Assembly (NCBI GenBank): GCA_964449065.1
Contig: CAYVAZ010000005.1
Location: 1 to 42,894 of the forward strand
Reading direction: 5' to 3'
Source: an uncultured bacterium
Lineage (GTDB): Bacteria; Hinthialibacterota; Hinthialibacteria; Hinthialibacterales; Hinthialibacteraceae
DNA: 42,894 nt
A program made the translations under genes and the position numbers. This document shows, in pieces, positions 25,908-35,146 of this stretch. Position 1 is the first letter of the stretch; each line of letters opens with the position of its first letter. Under the pieces are notes generated by a model. That model did not search any database, was not told where the DNA came from, and saw only the letters and a program-made list of their open reading frames with translations.

Positions 25908-27416
25908 TCATGGCATTCTGTGGAAGAGGTTTTTCAGCGTCGGATATATTTCCAAATAGCGCTGGAATTGCTCGCGGTAGAACTGTTGGTGTTCGCTTTT
26001 GGGCTCAAAGGTTCGGCTGATGCGCACTACATTGGCAGCCGCTTCTTGAACCGATTTATAGACTCCTGTAGCTGTACCGGCAAGGAGTGCAACCCCCAAA
26101 CATCCTGCTTCGGATACCGCGGGAACCGCGACCGGGATTTCCATGATATCCGCTTTGATTTGCAGCCAGTATTTGGATTTCGCGCCACCGCCTGTTGCAC
26201 GCAATGTGTGTATATCTCCACCGGCTTCTTTTAACAGATCCACGCACATACGCATTTCATAGGTGAGCCCTTCGAGCAGCGCGCGGGTGACATCGGCTTT
26301 GGTGGTGTTGAGGGTTAATCCTAAAATGGCGCCTTTGGTTTTGGTATCAAAATGCGGCACGCCGGATGTGGTAAAATGAGGGAGCACCAATAATTTGGAT
26401 GGTTTGGTGGCCGCTTCGGAGCACATTAAGTCATACACATCCTGGTAGGTTTGATTGGCGATTTGCTGCTCGTATTTGCCGAACTGATCGCGGTACCATT
26501 TAAACAAACTGCCGCCGGTGAGGTTGTAAACCAATGCCGTGTACAAACCGGGGCAGGTGTGATGATACGCGCAGATGTTGTTTCGCAGAGTCACTTCATT
26601 GATCATGAGTTCGGTAAAGGCCGGTGCGATGCATTCGACTGTGCCGATACCATACGCGGCAACTCCAGGCTCTGTGACGCCTGAGCCCATCATCTGGCTG
26701 GGCTGGTCGTGTCCGCCGGTCACGACTTTCACACTGCGGGGAAGACCGATTTCATCGGCGATGGCATCTTCTACCGTCCCGACCAATGTACCGGACGGTT
26801 TGAGTTCGGGAACGATATCGCGGTTGAGGCCTGCAAATTCAAGATACTCATCCACCCAGTCGGCCTTGTTAACATCAAAATACATGGTGCGGGCGGAAAA
26901 GGTATAATCGCTGGTGGGGGGGATGCCCAGGCGGTACATGACCAAATCTTCAAACCCCAATAGTGCTTTGGTGTTTCGCAGCACATCGGGCTTGTTGTCG
27001 CGAATCCACTGCATTTTGAGCGCCGTGTAGAGCGCGGCAAGAGGCTGCCCGGTTTTATGGAAAATTTCCGCGCGGCCGAATTTTTCTTCCCACTTTTCAA
27101 CATAAGGCTCGGTGCGGCTGTCAAAACTGATCAACGCGTTGTGCAAAACATTGCCGTCTTTATCGACCGGAGTCACCGCTTCCCCCTGGCAGGAAACCGC
27201 TAACGCGGTAATGGGATCGTTCTTGGTTTCAGCCGCCACTTTGGCAATGCAGAATTTCACGTCTTCCCAAACGCGGTTGCCGTCCAATTCCGCCCAGCCG
27301 GGCTGAGGTGAATGCAGCGGGTATTCACGGTATGCGGATGTTAATTGTTCTCCATTTTCATTAAACGCAACGGCCTTGCAGCCGGTGGTGCCTACATCAA
27401 TTCCTAACAAACTCAC
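25908..27416 (-). CDS. FGGY-family carbohydrate kinase (xylulokinase/L-fuculokinase-like)
   Basis: LGIDVGTTGCKA, SCQGE, D.R, GGHDQ, GGGAKS..W.QIKAD and E..C.G.A. GTG 27416 behind GGAGG. Confidence 0.92.
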   Translation of the reverse strand: MSLLGIDVGTTGCKAVAFNENGEQLTSAYREYPLHSPQPGWAELDGNRVWEDVKFCIAKVAAETKNDPITALAVSCQGEAVTPVDKDGNVLHNALISFDSRTEPYVEKWEEKFGRAEIFHKTGQPLAALYTALKMQWIRDNKPDVLRNTKALLGFEDLVMYRLGIPPTSDYTFSARTMYFDVNKADWVDEYLEFAGLNRDIVPELKPSGTLVGTVEDAIADEIGLPRSVKVVTGGHDQPSQMMGSGVTEPGVAAYGIGTVECIAPAFTELMINEVTLRNNICAYHHTCPGLYTALVYNLTGGSLFKWYRDQFGKYEQQIANQTYQDVYDLMCSEAATKPSKLLVLPHFTTSGVPHFDTKTKGAILGLTLNTTKADVTRALLEGLTYEMRMCVDLLKEAGGDIHTLRATGGGAKSKYWLQIKADIMEIPVAVPAVSEAGCLGVALLAGTATGVYKSVQEAAANVVRISRTFEPKSEHQQFYREQFQRYLEIYPTLKNLFHRMP

Positions 27417-27445
27417 AGCAAGTCCTCCCAAAATAGTATTCGCAT

Positions 27446-29281
27446 TTATGTATCATTATGGCGGATTTGTGGAATTAACCGAAGCACCGCGAAGATAGAA
27501 AACAGCGCAATTCCCCCCAACGCAACCGCCGGTTCATACTTTTGATAGATTACATATCCCGTGCTGAACAACGCTCCATAAACCGCCGCACAGCCGAAAA
27601 AGACCGCAAGCAACGCCGGTGTCAGGCTGAAATCCGGTGGAGGAGCTTGGGTGGTATCCACAATCTTTTTCCAGCCGCGTCCCATCGGACGGATTTTGTT
27701 GTAGTAGTTTTGCAGCACTTCTACTTTGGTTTTTGGGGTAATGAATGTGAATAAAACCCAAACCACAGTCGTCACCGCAACGCCAACACATAACTGTTCC
27801 CAACTTTTCAGAGGATCCATATTCAATTCCGGATACTGTGCGTTGAGTTGAACAACATGCTCTGCATGGTAAAACGTGAAATACACCGCCAAGCTGGATG
27901 CCGAAAGCATCGCCATGATTTCCGACCAGGCGTTGATGCGCCACCAGAACCAACGCAATAAATACAGCAATCCGGTACCCGCACCGATTTGCACGAGCAG
28001 GTTGAATGCCTGGAGAGCGTTGGTGAGATATAGCGACATGGCTGCCGCCAGCAGCATGAGAATGACGGTGATTACGCGCGCCACAAACACATAATGCTTT
28101 TGCGATTTGTTGGTGGCGATAAAGCGCTTGTAAAAGTCATCGACAATGTAGGAGGCCCCCCAGTTTAGATGGGTGCTGATCGTTGACATATAGGCCGCCG
28201 CCAGCGATGCGATAACCAATCCCAATAGGCCCGCTGGGAGAAAGACCAGCATGGCCGGATAAGCGATATCATGCAGCGGTTTTTGGGTGCCGTCCGCTAG
28301 GGTTTCAACTAACATGGATTCATCCACATTGGGGAGTTGTGTTTTGATATCCATAATATCGGGATACACAATAAGTGAACACAAAGCAACGATGATCCAC
28401 GGCCAGGGGCGAATCGCATACATCGCGATACAAAACCAGAGTGATGATAACATGGAGTGTTTCTCGTCTTTAGCGGCCAGCATCCGTTGGGCAACATAGG
28501 CTCCACCGCCGGGTTCGGCGCCGGGATACCACGCGCTCCACCATTGCACAAACAAGGGGACAAAAAAGAGCGGGAGAGCGGCTTCCCAATTGGAGAAATC
28601 GGGCAGCATCGGCAATTTTCCGGCAATGGAACCGTTGGTGAGTAATTCATCCAGCCCGCCGACCTTTTCTAACGCATACAATGCCGCATACACGGAACCA
28701 ACCATCGCAACAATAAAAAGAAGTAAGTCTGTGATGACCACCCCCCACAGGCCTGCCGTGCAGGAGTACAGCACCGTAATCACTCCACAAATGGCGAGGG
28801 TGGTGAATTTATCGATCCCCAAGGTCACGTTGGCGATTTTCATCGCGGCGAGGGTTGTCGACCCCATAATCAATACATTGAGCAGCACGCCCAAGTATAT
28901 CGCACGGAATCCACGCAAAAATTTCGCGGCAAAGCCGGAATAGCGCAGTTCGTAGAATCCCAAATCCGTCAACACGCCGGAGCGGCGCCACAGATGGGCA
29001 TAGACAAATGTGGTCATCAACCCGGTGATTAAGAATGCCCACCATACCCAGTTGCCGCTGACTCCGCCGGAACGGACAATGTCGGTAACAAGGTTTGGGG
29101 TATCGGCAGAGAAAGTGGTGGCGACCATGGATGTGCCTAAGATCCACCAAGGCAAAGACCGGCCGGAAAGGAAATATTCATCTAAGTTCTTCCCTGCCCT
29201 TCTTGTATACAGCACCCCAATCAGCAGAATAAAAACAAAATAGCCCGCGATAATATACCAATCGATTCGTTCGAGTTGCAT
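27446..29281 (-). CDS. Sodium:solute symporter (SSS family)
   Basis: YFLSGRSLPWW, SMVATTFSADTP, ELRYSG, AQRMLAAKDE and AAYMSTISTHLNWG. About 14 TM helices. GGAGG RBS. Confidence 0.93.
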   Translation of the reverse strand: MQLERIDWYIIAGYFVFILLIGVLYTRRAGKNLDEYFLSGRSLPWWILGTSMVATTFSADTPNLVTDIVRSGGVSGNWVWWAFLITGLMTTFVYAHLWRRSGVLTDLGFYELRYSGFAAKFLRGFRAIYLGVLLNVLIMGSTTLAAMKIANVTLGIDKFTTLAICGVITVLYSCTAGLWGVVITDLLLFIVAMVGSVYAALYALEKVGGLDELLTNGSIAGKLPMLPDFSNWEAALPLFFVPLFVQWWSAWYPGAEPGGGAYVAQRMLAAKDEKHSMLSSLWFCIAMYAIRPWPWIIVALCSLIVYPDIMDIKTQLPNVDESMLVETLADGTQKPLHDIAYPAMLVFLPAGLLGLVIASLAAAYMSTISTHLNWGASYIVDDFYKRFIATNKSQKHYVFVARVITVILMLLAAAMSLYLTNALQAFNLLVQIGAGTGLLYLLRWFWWRINAWSEIMAMLSASSLAVYFTFYHAEHVVQLNAQYPELNMDPLKSWEQLCVGVAVTTVVWVLFTFITPKTKVEVLQNYYNKIRPMGRGWKKIVDTTQAPPPDFSLTPALLAVFFGCAAVYGALFSTGYVIYQKYEPAVALGGIALFSIFAVLRLIPQIRHNDT

Positions 29282-29375
29282 TGGCTTCCCCTCCTAACGG
29301 AATGATAGCACCCTAATTCAACCGCAAAACGGAAGAAAATACAAATCGTATGGATCAATTCGGGGACGGCAAACT

Positions 29376-29402
29376 AAAAAAAGCATGAGATAATCCCATG
29401 CT
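29376..29402 (-). terminator. Intrinsic terminator downstream of pilin-like gene 29497-30039
   Basis: Minus strand AGCATGGGA-TTA-TCTCATGCT followed by a T run. Confidence 0.7.
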
Positions 29403-29496
29403 CAAACGCATTTATTATGAGAATTTATATCAATTCAATTTCCGTTTGATTGAATCTCACTTAGAAGATTTTCGGTTTACCAAAACAAAAGTCGTG

Positions 29497-30039
29497 TTAT
29501 CTGCGAGCGGCGAAAGGATAGCCCTTTTTGTATTCGCCGTAGGTGAAGTGCAGAATGTCTCCATTGCTTTGCAATCCATTGGAGGCGTCAAAAATAATGT
29601 TCGGTTCATGAACCGAACTGGGTCCCACACTGGTCATGAAAAATGCGACATTCCAGGTTTGGTCATAGATAGCCGCGTTTTGAATTCTACCGTGATGGGT
29701 TGCGCCTGGTTCGGCATGGTACTGACCAAGAAACCACTCGTTGTACCCCGGAAAATCTCTACCTTTTACGAAGATATCTGCAATAGAACTGGAGAAATAA
29801 GCAATCGGTGAAGTGACAAACTTATGCTGCGCGGGATTCCCATCCAAATGAGGCGGCCAAGCGTTGTTATCTAACTTATACATGGTATAGGCCTCACCCA
29901 AGCCTTTCATTTCTGCCTGAGCACGGGCATGTTTTGCGCGCATTTGGGCATTTAAAAAATTCGGGACGGCGATAGCGGCTAAAATACCGATGATAGCGAC
30001 AACGATCAGCAATTCGATTAGGGTGAAACCTTTGTTCAT
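29497..30039 (-). CDS. Type IV pilin/pseudopilin-like protein (prepilin N-terminal cleavage/methylation domain)
   Basis: Start re-called at ATG 30039 (AAGGGA RBS). MNKG|FTLIELLIVVAIIGILAAIAVPNFLNAQ; Y.LDNN..P; TSPIAY; SVGP; FDASNGLQSNGDI. Confidence 0.9.
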   Translation of the reverse strand: MNKGFTLIELLIVVAIIGILAAIAVPNFLNAQMRAKHARAQAEMKGLGEAYTMYKLDNNAWPPHLDGNPAQHKFVTSPIAYFSSSIADIFVKGRDFPGYNEWFLGQYHAEPGATHHGRIQNAAIYDQTWNVAFFMTSVGPSSVHEPNIIFDASNGLQSNGDILHFTYGEYKKGYPFAARR

Positions 30040-30073
30040 TTGACGATCCCTTAATTTTGTGATATGGCGCCGA

Positions 30074-30102
30074 ATGGTAAAGAAGTAAGGAAAGCAAGTC
30101 AA
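30074..30102 (-). promoter_or_regulatory. sigma70-type promoter of the downstream pilin-like gene
   Basis: Minus strand TTGACT-N17-TACCAT, about 35 nt upstream of ATG 30039. Confidence 0.5.
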
Positions 30103-30154
30103 GAGGGTAATGAATGAAACGTATACCATTAGCACAAAACTAACGGCGTGTAAA

Positions 30155-30199
30155 CAAAAACAGGTTACAAGAGGATTGAATTCTCTTTCGTAACCTGTT
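30155..30199 (-). terminator. Intrinsic terminator between the two pilin-like genes
   Basis: AACAGGTTAC/GTAACCTGTT arms at 30159-30168 and 30190-30199, followed by a T-rich tail on the minus strand. Confidence 0.65.
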
Positions 30200-30220
30200 G
30201 CGTTTCGATTCCGCTAGATA

Positions 30221-30772
30221 TTAGCTGCCGACGCGAACGATATCTCCGATACTGCGCAATCCGTTAGACGGCTGGTAAATAAAGAGTGGAGTGTGTTCCA
30301 CATCCGGTCCCATGCTCCAAATGTAGTATACAGTACCACTATGGGTACCCGGCAATTCGATCACTTTACCCTGTTTCGCTAACGATTCCAAAGAAGGATC
30401 ATTTGCCATCCGTGCCGGAGGAACAACCGGAAAATAATCCGCATGATATTGTCCGTGGCTCCACTGTAAGGTCCCAATTCCAACTGTGGTTTCTTTTTGA
30501 AAGGGATCGGTTGGCGGTGTGGAAATATATGCGACCGGTGTGGTCATCGGGTTGTTTTGCCATTCCGGATGTCCCGGTTTGTGCGGCGGGAAAATGCCGT
30601 TATCCATGCGGTACATGGCATAGACATCCAACCATGAGCGCATTTCCGAGTTGCATTTGGCAATTTGCGCGCGTACTTGCGCGTTCAAAAAGTTTGGTAC
30701 AGCAATGGCAGCCAAAATCCCTATAATGGCGACAACAATCAGCAATTCAATCAAAGTAAAACCTTTTTTCAT
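30221..30772 (-). CDS. Type IV pilin/pseudopilin-like protein, paralogue of 29497-30039
   Basis: MKKG|FTLIELLIVVAIIGILAAIAVPNFLNAQ; YRMDNG.FP; TTPVAYI...P.DPF; WSMGPD; YQPSNGLRSIGDI. GGGGGAG RBS. Confidence 0.92.
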   Translation of the reverse strand: MKKGFTLIELLIVVAIIGILAAIAVPNFLNAQVRAQIAKCNSEMRSWLDVYAMYRMDNGIFPPHKPGHPEWQNNPMTTPVAYISTPPTDPFQKETTVGIGTLQWSHGQYHADYFPVVPPARMANDPSLESLAKQGKVIELPGTHSGTVYYIWSMGPDVEHTPLFIYQPSNGLRSIGDIVRVGS

Positions 30773-30941
30773 CTTCGTCTCCCCCAGAGGCGTTGTGTTA
30801 CAACTAATTAAATAGTACAGAATTTACACCGGAAAAACAAGAGGGATTTAGAAATAATGAAGATAAAAACGGATTATCGAAAGAATTGTGAGAAATTTAT
30901 TAAAAAACAAAAAGAAATTTCATTACTATTTAGGTTACAAA

Positions 30942-31301
30942 TTAAGTTACAGTAGGAACTTTCTTTTTGGCTTTGGGTTTGTCATCATCCAAAGTAGCAC
31001 CCATCACATCGATGCCGGCATTGGTCATTTGGGGTTTGTGGTTGATGAGGACATCCAATTCATCATGCGGACGGGGTATCACGTGAGCTGCAATCAGTTC
31101 GCCAACCCGGCGGGCGGATGCCGCGCCGGCATCGACCGCGGAAGAGACATCGGCCACTTCGCCTTGGATTTTGACTACCGCCGCGGCAGGGTCAGAAAAT
31201 TCGATTTGAGTAAGAACAGTATCAGCGGCTTTTAGAGCGGCATCGGCGGCTTCAATCGCACCGACCAATCCACGGGTTTCAATCAATCCAAGTGCGGTCA
31301 T
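30942..31301 (-). CDS. Bacterial microcompartment shell protein (single BMC domain) with C-terminal extension
   Basis: ALGLIETRGLVGAIEAADAALKAA...V.I.GEVADV..AVDAG...HVIPRPH. About 30-aa tail ending KPKAKKKVPTVT. AAGGA RBS. Confidence 0.92.
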   Translation of the reverse strand: MTALGLIETRGLVGAIEAADAALKAADTVLTQIEFSDPAAAVVKIQGEVADVSSAVDAGAASARRVGELIAAHVIPRPHDELDVLINHKPQMTNAGIDVMGATLDDDKPKAKKKVPTVT

Positions 31302-31385
31302 GTTTCTTTATCCTTTTTTTATGATAGCAAAATTGTAGTTCAATTCATCCATTCTGGAAACGGGCATAATCCACTTTTCAATATT

Positions 31386-31883
31386 TTATGATTCCAGATA
31401 CTTTGTCATTTTAACATGAAGACAAACTCCTTCTATCAAAAAGGGTTCAGACACGATGCGCCAACCTTGTTTTACGTAGAATTTTTCGTAGCCAACGCGG
31501 GCGTTGCACCAAAATAGGGGGATACCGGTTTCATCAACTATCGTCTGTTCTGCCAAGTGCAACAACTTGGCACCAATTCCTTTTCCCTGTACTTTGGGAT
31601 GCGTTGCCATACCCCGTAATTGATAGGCCGGTTCATTGTCATATTCCGACCGCATCATCGTCAAGCAGCAATAGACTCGATTCTGCAGAAATGCTGCAAA
31701 ATGGTGTGTGGTCTCATCATAATCGCCATCAAATTCCGGGGATGTACGGTTCGTACCTACGATTAACACATCATAGCGAAGTTGAATAATTTCAGTAAGT
31801 TTTGCCTTGCAGAAAACGAAAATACCAAGATCGTTGAGATCAACATTTGTGGATGGTGAAGGATGATTTTGATAATCGTTCAT
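31386..31883 (-). CDS. GNAT family N-acetyltransferase
   Basis: LRYDVL, YQLRGMATHP..QGKGIG..LL and WCNAR....FY.KQGW. Confidence 0.9.
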   Translation of the reverse strand: MNDYQNHPSPSTNVDLNDLGIFVFCKAKLTEIIQLRYDVLIVGTNRTSPEFDGDYDETTHHFAAFLQNRVYCCLTMMRSEYDNEPAYQLRGMATHPKVQGKGIGAKLLHLAEQTIVDETGIPLFWCNARVGYEKFYVKQGWRIVSEPFLIEGVCLHVKMTKYLES

Positions 31884-31885
31884 GG

Positions 31886-32257
31886 TTACCGGGGAAATAC
31901 AATGTCAACCACTTTGTTCATACTTTCGATAACATCTTTTACCAACTTGATCTGCATATCCTGCTGCGCCCGGCACAAGATGACCAGTTTTTCAACTTTT
32001 TGCGGGGGATCATTATTGGCGCGGGCTTCTTCAACCAAGGCTTCGGTTTGCGCTAATACGGTTTGGCAATAATCCAGATGAGAGCGCAGAGTATTCATCA
32101 TTTCGAGCGTGGACTCGATAAAGGGGTTTTTATCTTTTTGCGACTCAAACAATGTCGATACCGCTATTTCAAAGTCATCAAAATAGGGATTGCCTTCACG
32201 GCAAAAGCGCTGCTGTTTTCCATTGTTTGAATTGCTTCCGTTGCTGTCATGATCCAT
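31886..32257 (-). CDS. Hypothetical alpha-helical protein (123 aa)
   Basis: Clean ORF ending 2 nt before the GNAT start, GGAG upstream, helical/coiled-coil composition. No recognised family. Confidence 0.55.
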   Translation of the reverse strand: MDHDSNGSNSNNGKQQRFCREGNPYFDDFEIAVSTLFESQKDKNPFIESTLEMMNTLRSHLDYCQTVLAQTEALVEEARANNDPPQKVEKLVILCRAQQDMQIKLVKDVIESMNKVVDIVFPR

Positions 32258-32372
32258 CTCGAATTTTTACTCCATCCGTTATGTACTTGTCATGGTATAT
32301 TTATATATAAGATAGCATGCTGAAAAGGGTTAGACATACCTTACATCATTCGGTATGACTGTTAAGTGGATT

Positions 32373-33083
32373 TTATGTATCGTTTAAACGATCCAATAAA
32401 TGCAATGCTCTTAGTGAAAGCTCTTTTTGGATTGTATTTGTTATTTTAGCCAGTTGTATCGCAGTAGGTAATAGCGACAAACGCTTTAACACGAAACCCG
32501 CCGATTTTGCCATCGAAGGATAGCCATTCGCATCCAAACAATGGAGCAATTCTTCTGACAACGGATGGTTGTGTGCGTCAGAGATTCCGCGTAACCATAA
32601 GAAGGGATCTTCACGCTGGGCCGCCATGACCGCGACCGCGTAGGATTCCATATCCACCAACGACGCGCCGGTGGTTTGATGCAGTTCGGCTTTTTGCTCA
32701 GGAGTAGACGCGATTCCGCTATGGCACAACAAGATATCCTCACAGCATTCAATTTTGCACGGATAAGTTCCCTCGATTTCATCATGCTGAAAATATTGAA
32801 CCCGATTCCCCACAAAACATTCCTTCAACCCGCAACGGTCAGAGAGCGCACCGGCAAAGCCGTAGGAAATCCAAACCGCGGGAGTCATCGGTTGCACCTG
32901 CTGTAAGCGTTCCATCATGCGGTGAATGCCGACACCCGATGTGAGAATGGTAATATTGAAGGGAGAATACCGCCCGAAGGTAACCGGGTCGTTGGGTGTG
33001 GGAACCGAAATTTGCAAACGCTTACAAAGCGACTTCACTTCTTGCGGAACCGCGGCGCAAAAGATGATGTGGGGATGGCTCAT
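32373..33083 (-). CDS. Nucleoside phosphorylase superfamily protein (PNP/UDP/MTAN fold, HpnG-like)
   Basis: AVPQE, SGVG, ISYGFAGAL, K..L...TGASLVDMES and LRGISD. Confidence 0.8.
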   Translation of the reverse strand: MSHPHIIFCAAVPQEVKSLCKRLQISVPTPNDPVTFGRYSPFNITILTSGVGIHRMMERLQQVQPMTPAVWISYGFAGALSDRCGLKECFVGNRVQYFQHDEIEGTYPCKIECCEDILLCHSGIASTPEQKAELHQTTGASLVDMESYAVAVMAAQREDPFLWLRGISDAHNHPLSEELLHCLDANGYPSMAKSAGFVLKRLSLLPTAIQLAKITNTIQKELSLRALHLLDRLNDT

Positions 33084-33190
33084 GTTTGTTTCCGTAATCT
33101 TGTGATTGTCTATTTCATTGTACTATGAATCTTTTATAATGCGTATATTAAAGTTGCAACGATTCAATTCATTGTGAAGGATGTGACATC

Positions 33191-33379
33191 ATGTCTACCG
33201 TACTCATTAAAGAAGAAGCCCACAAGATGGTGGAACAAATGCCGCCCGACTCGACCTGGGAAGATTTACGCCGAAAGATTTATGAGCATGAATCGATCAT
33301 GCGCGGATTAAAAGATTGTGAAGAAGGTCGAACGAAAGATCAAAGCGAAATCATGAAGAAATATGGTTTATCAGCATGA
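33191..33379 (+). CDS. Putative antitoxin (62 aa)
   Basis: KEEA..MVEQMP.D.TWEDL...I.RGL.D.EEGR. ATGA overlap with the RelE/ParE gene. Confidence 0.75.
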   Translation: MSTVLIKEEAHKMVEQMPPDSTWEDLRRKIYEHESIMRGLKDCEEGRTKDQSEIMKKYGLSA

Positions 33380-33678
33380 AGATTGTTTGGTCTGAAAACG
33401 CTGAGATAGAACTTGATGAGATTTATGAGTACATTTCATTGGACTCGGAGTCCCGTGCTTTACAGATGATTGAAAGAATAAGAGACCGAAACAAACAAAT
33501 TGCTCAGTTCCCATATTCAGGAAAAATGGTTCCTGAATATGAACAGAATGAAATACGTGAAATAATTGAAAGTCCTTATAGAATTATTTACCGTATAAAA
33601 GAAAATCAAATAGAAATATTAAGTGTCTTTCATTGTTCCTTGGGAAAACCACCTGCTAATCGATTATTAGAGGAGTAA
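33376..33678 (+). CDS. RelE/ParE family toxin
   Basis: MKIVWSENA..ELDEIYEYI..DS...A, FPYSG.MVPE, IREII..PYRIIYRI and IEILSVFH. Confidence 0.9.
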   Translation: MKIVWSENAEIELDEIYEYISLDSESRALQMIERIRDRNKQIAQFPYSGKMVPEYEQNEIREIIESPYRIIYRIKENQIEILSVFHCSLGKPPANRLLEE

Positions 33679-33682
33679 ACCA

Positions 33683-34774
33683 TTGTTTGCAAATAGAAAA
33701 AAAGAATTTGCCGCGAAATTGTCACGGCTGCGCGGGGAGATGGAAAAGCACAGCATCGATAATGTGTTGATCACCGAGGCGCATAATTTTTCGTGGCTGT
33801 GCTGCGGGGCGGAAAATTTTGTCTTCTTTGCGGCATCGCAAGGGGCTGCGCCGCTGATGGTAACACTCGATAAAGTGCTGCTGGTTTCGAACAACATCGA
33901 ATCGGTTCGCATGTTCGCGGAAGAGATGCAGGACTTAGATGTGAAAGACTGCCATCATCTATGGCACCTCTGTGGGGATGAGATTCAAGAGCACCTCAAA
34001 CAGCACGTTACCGGCTCATGGAAAAAAGATACCGAAATTGCCGGTATCTTCATCGGCATTCAAGATCCGTTGATGGAGGATGAAATCGCGCGCTACCGCT
34101 GGGTGGGAGAGAATGCCGAAGAAGCACTGCGCATCACCTGCCGGCAAATCAAACCGGGGATGACAGAATACGAAGCGGCGGGGCTTTTGGCAAAAGCGGC
34201 TTATGAACGAAGAATTTACCCTGCCCTGATTCTCATCGCTTCGGATGAGCGGGCGTATAACTTCCGCCACCCCATCCCAACCGGTAAAGAGATAGAAAGC
34301 CACGTGATGGTGGTGCTGTGCGCGCGGAGGTACGGACTCATCACCAGCGCGACGCGTATGGTGGCATTAGGCACGATCGACGAAGAACTACACCGCAGGC
34401 ATGAGGCGGTCTGCACGGTAGATGCCGCCCTCAACTTGGGCAGTAAACCGGGGATCACATTAGGCGAAGTACTGCAAAAAGGGATCGAAACCTATAAAGA
34501 AGTGGGATACGGTGATGAATGGAAACTTCACCACCAAGGCGGTACCGCGGGTTACATTGGGCGGACCAGCAAAGCGATTCCCGGCAATCCCAAACAGATC
34601 ATGGCCAACCAAGCGGTGGCATGGAACCCCAGTATCGCCGGAACCAAAAGCGAAGACACCGTTTTGATCAAAGATGACGGATACGAAATTCTTACCCCGG
34701 CGAAAGAATGGCCGATGATCCAAGTGACGGTTGACGGCCAAACCATGGACCGCTGCGGATTCTACATCCCCTAA
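33683..34774 (+). CDS. M24 family metallopeptidase (Xaa-Pro peptidase-like)
   Basis: Creatinase-like N-terminal domain, EIARYR, PGMTEYE, FRHPIPT, SATRMV, HHQGG..GY and WNPSI.GTKSEDT. GAGGAG RBS with TTG start. Confidence 0.85.
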   Translation: MFANRKKEFAAKLSRLRGEMEKHSIDNVLITEAHNFSWLCCGAENFVFFAASQGAAPLMVTLDKVLLVSNNIESVRMFAEEMQDLDVKDCHHLWHLCGDEIQEHLKQHVTGSWKKDTEIAGIFIGIQDPLMEDEIARYRWVGENAEEALRITCRQIKPGMTEYEAAGLLAKAAYERRIYPALILIASDERAYNFRHPIPTGKEIESHVMVVLCARRYGLITSATRMVALGTIDEELHRRHEAVCTVDAALNLGSKPGITLGEVLQKGIETYKEVGYGDEWKLHHQGGTAGYIGRTSKAIPGNPKQIMANQAVAWNPSIAGTKSEDTVLIKDDGYEILTPAKEWPMIQVTVDGQTMDRCGFYIP

Positions 34775-34809
34775 CGAACCGATGAGTGATGAATGAGGAA
34801 ATGTGAAAT

Positions 34810-35145
34810 ATGGCATACCAAGGCGATTTCACCCGCGTACATAAACCGGTCTTGTATGAGAATAAAGACCATCCCGATGTCGTAGTATTTCCTGGAAGGC
34901 TGCCGCCGAATGAGATCGCGTTTGTCAATATGCTGATCGATGATGTGGACGGCATTGTCGTCATGCGCACGGAAGACCCGGCCATCGGCAAGATGGAGTA
35001 TTGGGTGGCTCCGGATTTGGTGGATGAATTTTTAAAATTGTTCGAGGCCATCAAAGCCCATACCGGCATCGATATGTCGTTGGGAGAGCCGATCGAGATG
35101 TCAACCGAATTGGCTCAATTCTACCAATCGCAAAAGGGGGAATAA
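34810..35145 (+). CDS. Small protein, DUF4911-like
   Basis: EIAFVNMLIDDVDGIVVMRTEDP..G.MEYWVAP pattern resembles DUF4911 (from memory). GAGGA RBS. Confidence 0.55.
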   Translation: MAYQGDFTRVHKPVLYENKDHPDVVVFPGRLPPNEIAFVNMLIDDVDGIVVMRTEDPAIGKMEYWVAPDLVDEFLKLFEAIKAHTGIDMSLGEPIEMSTELAQFYQSQKGE

Positions 35146-35146
35146 G

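Noticed and set aside
29398..29811. 137-aa plus-strand ORF
   Set aside because: Antisense to a well-supported pilin-like gene and starts inside its terminator hairpin.
30040..30135. Extended N-termini in the ORF track (also 1096-1140, 2969-3007, 27417-27431, 41635-41652)
   Set aside because: Downstream starts have clear SD sequences and place the signal peptides or family motifs at the N-terminus.
33154..33167. Third LacI-like site TTGCAACGATTCAA upstream of the TA pair
   Set aside because: Two mismatches in AT-rich DNA and a functionally unrelated context; not distinguishable from chance.
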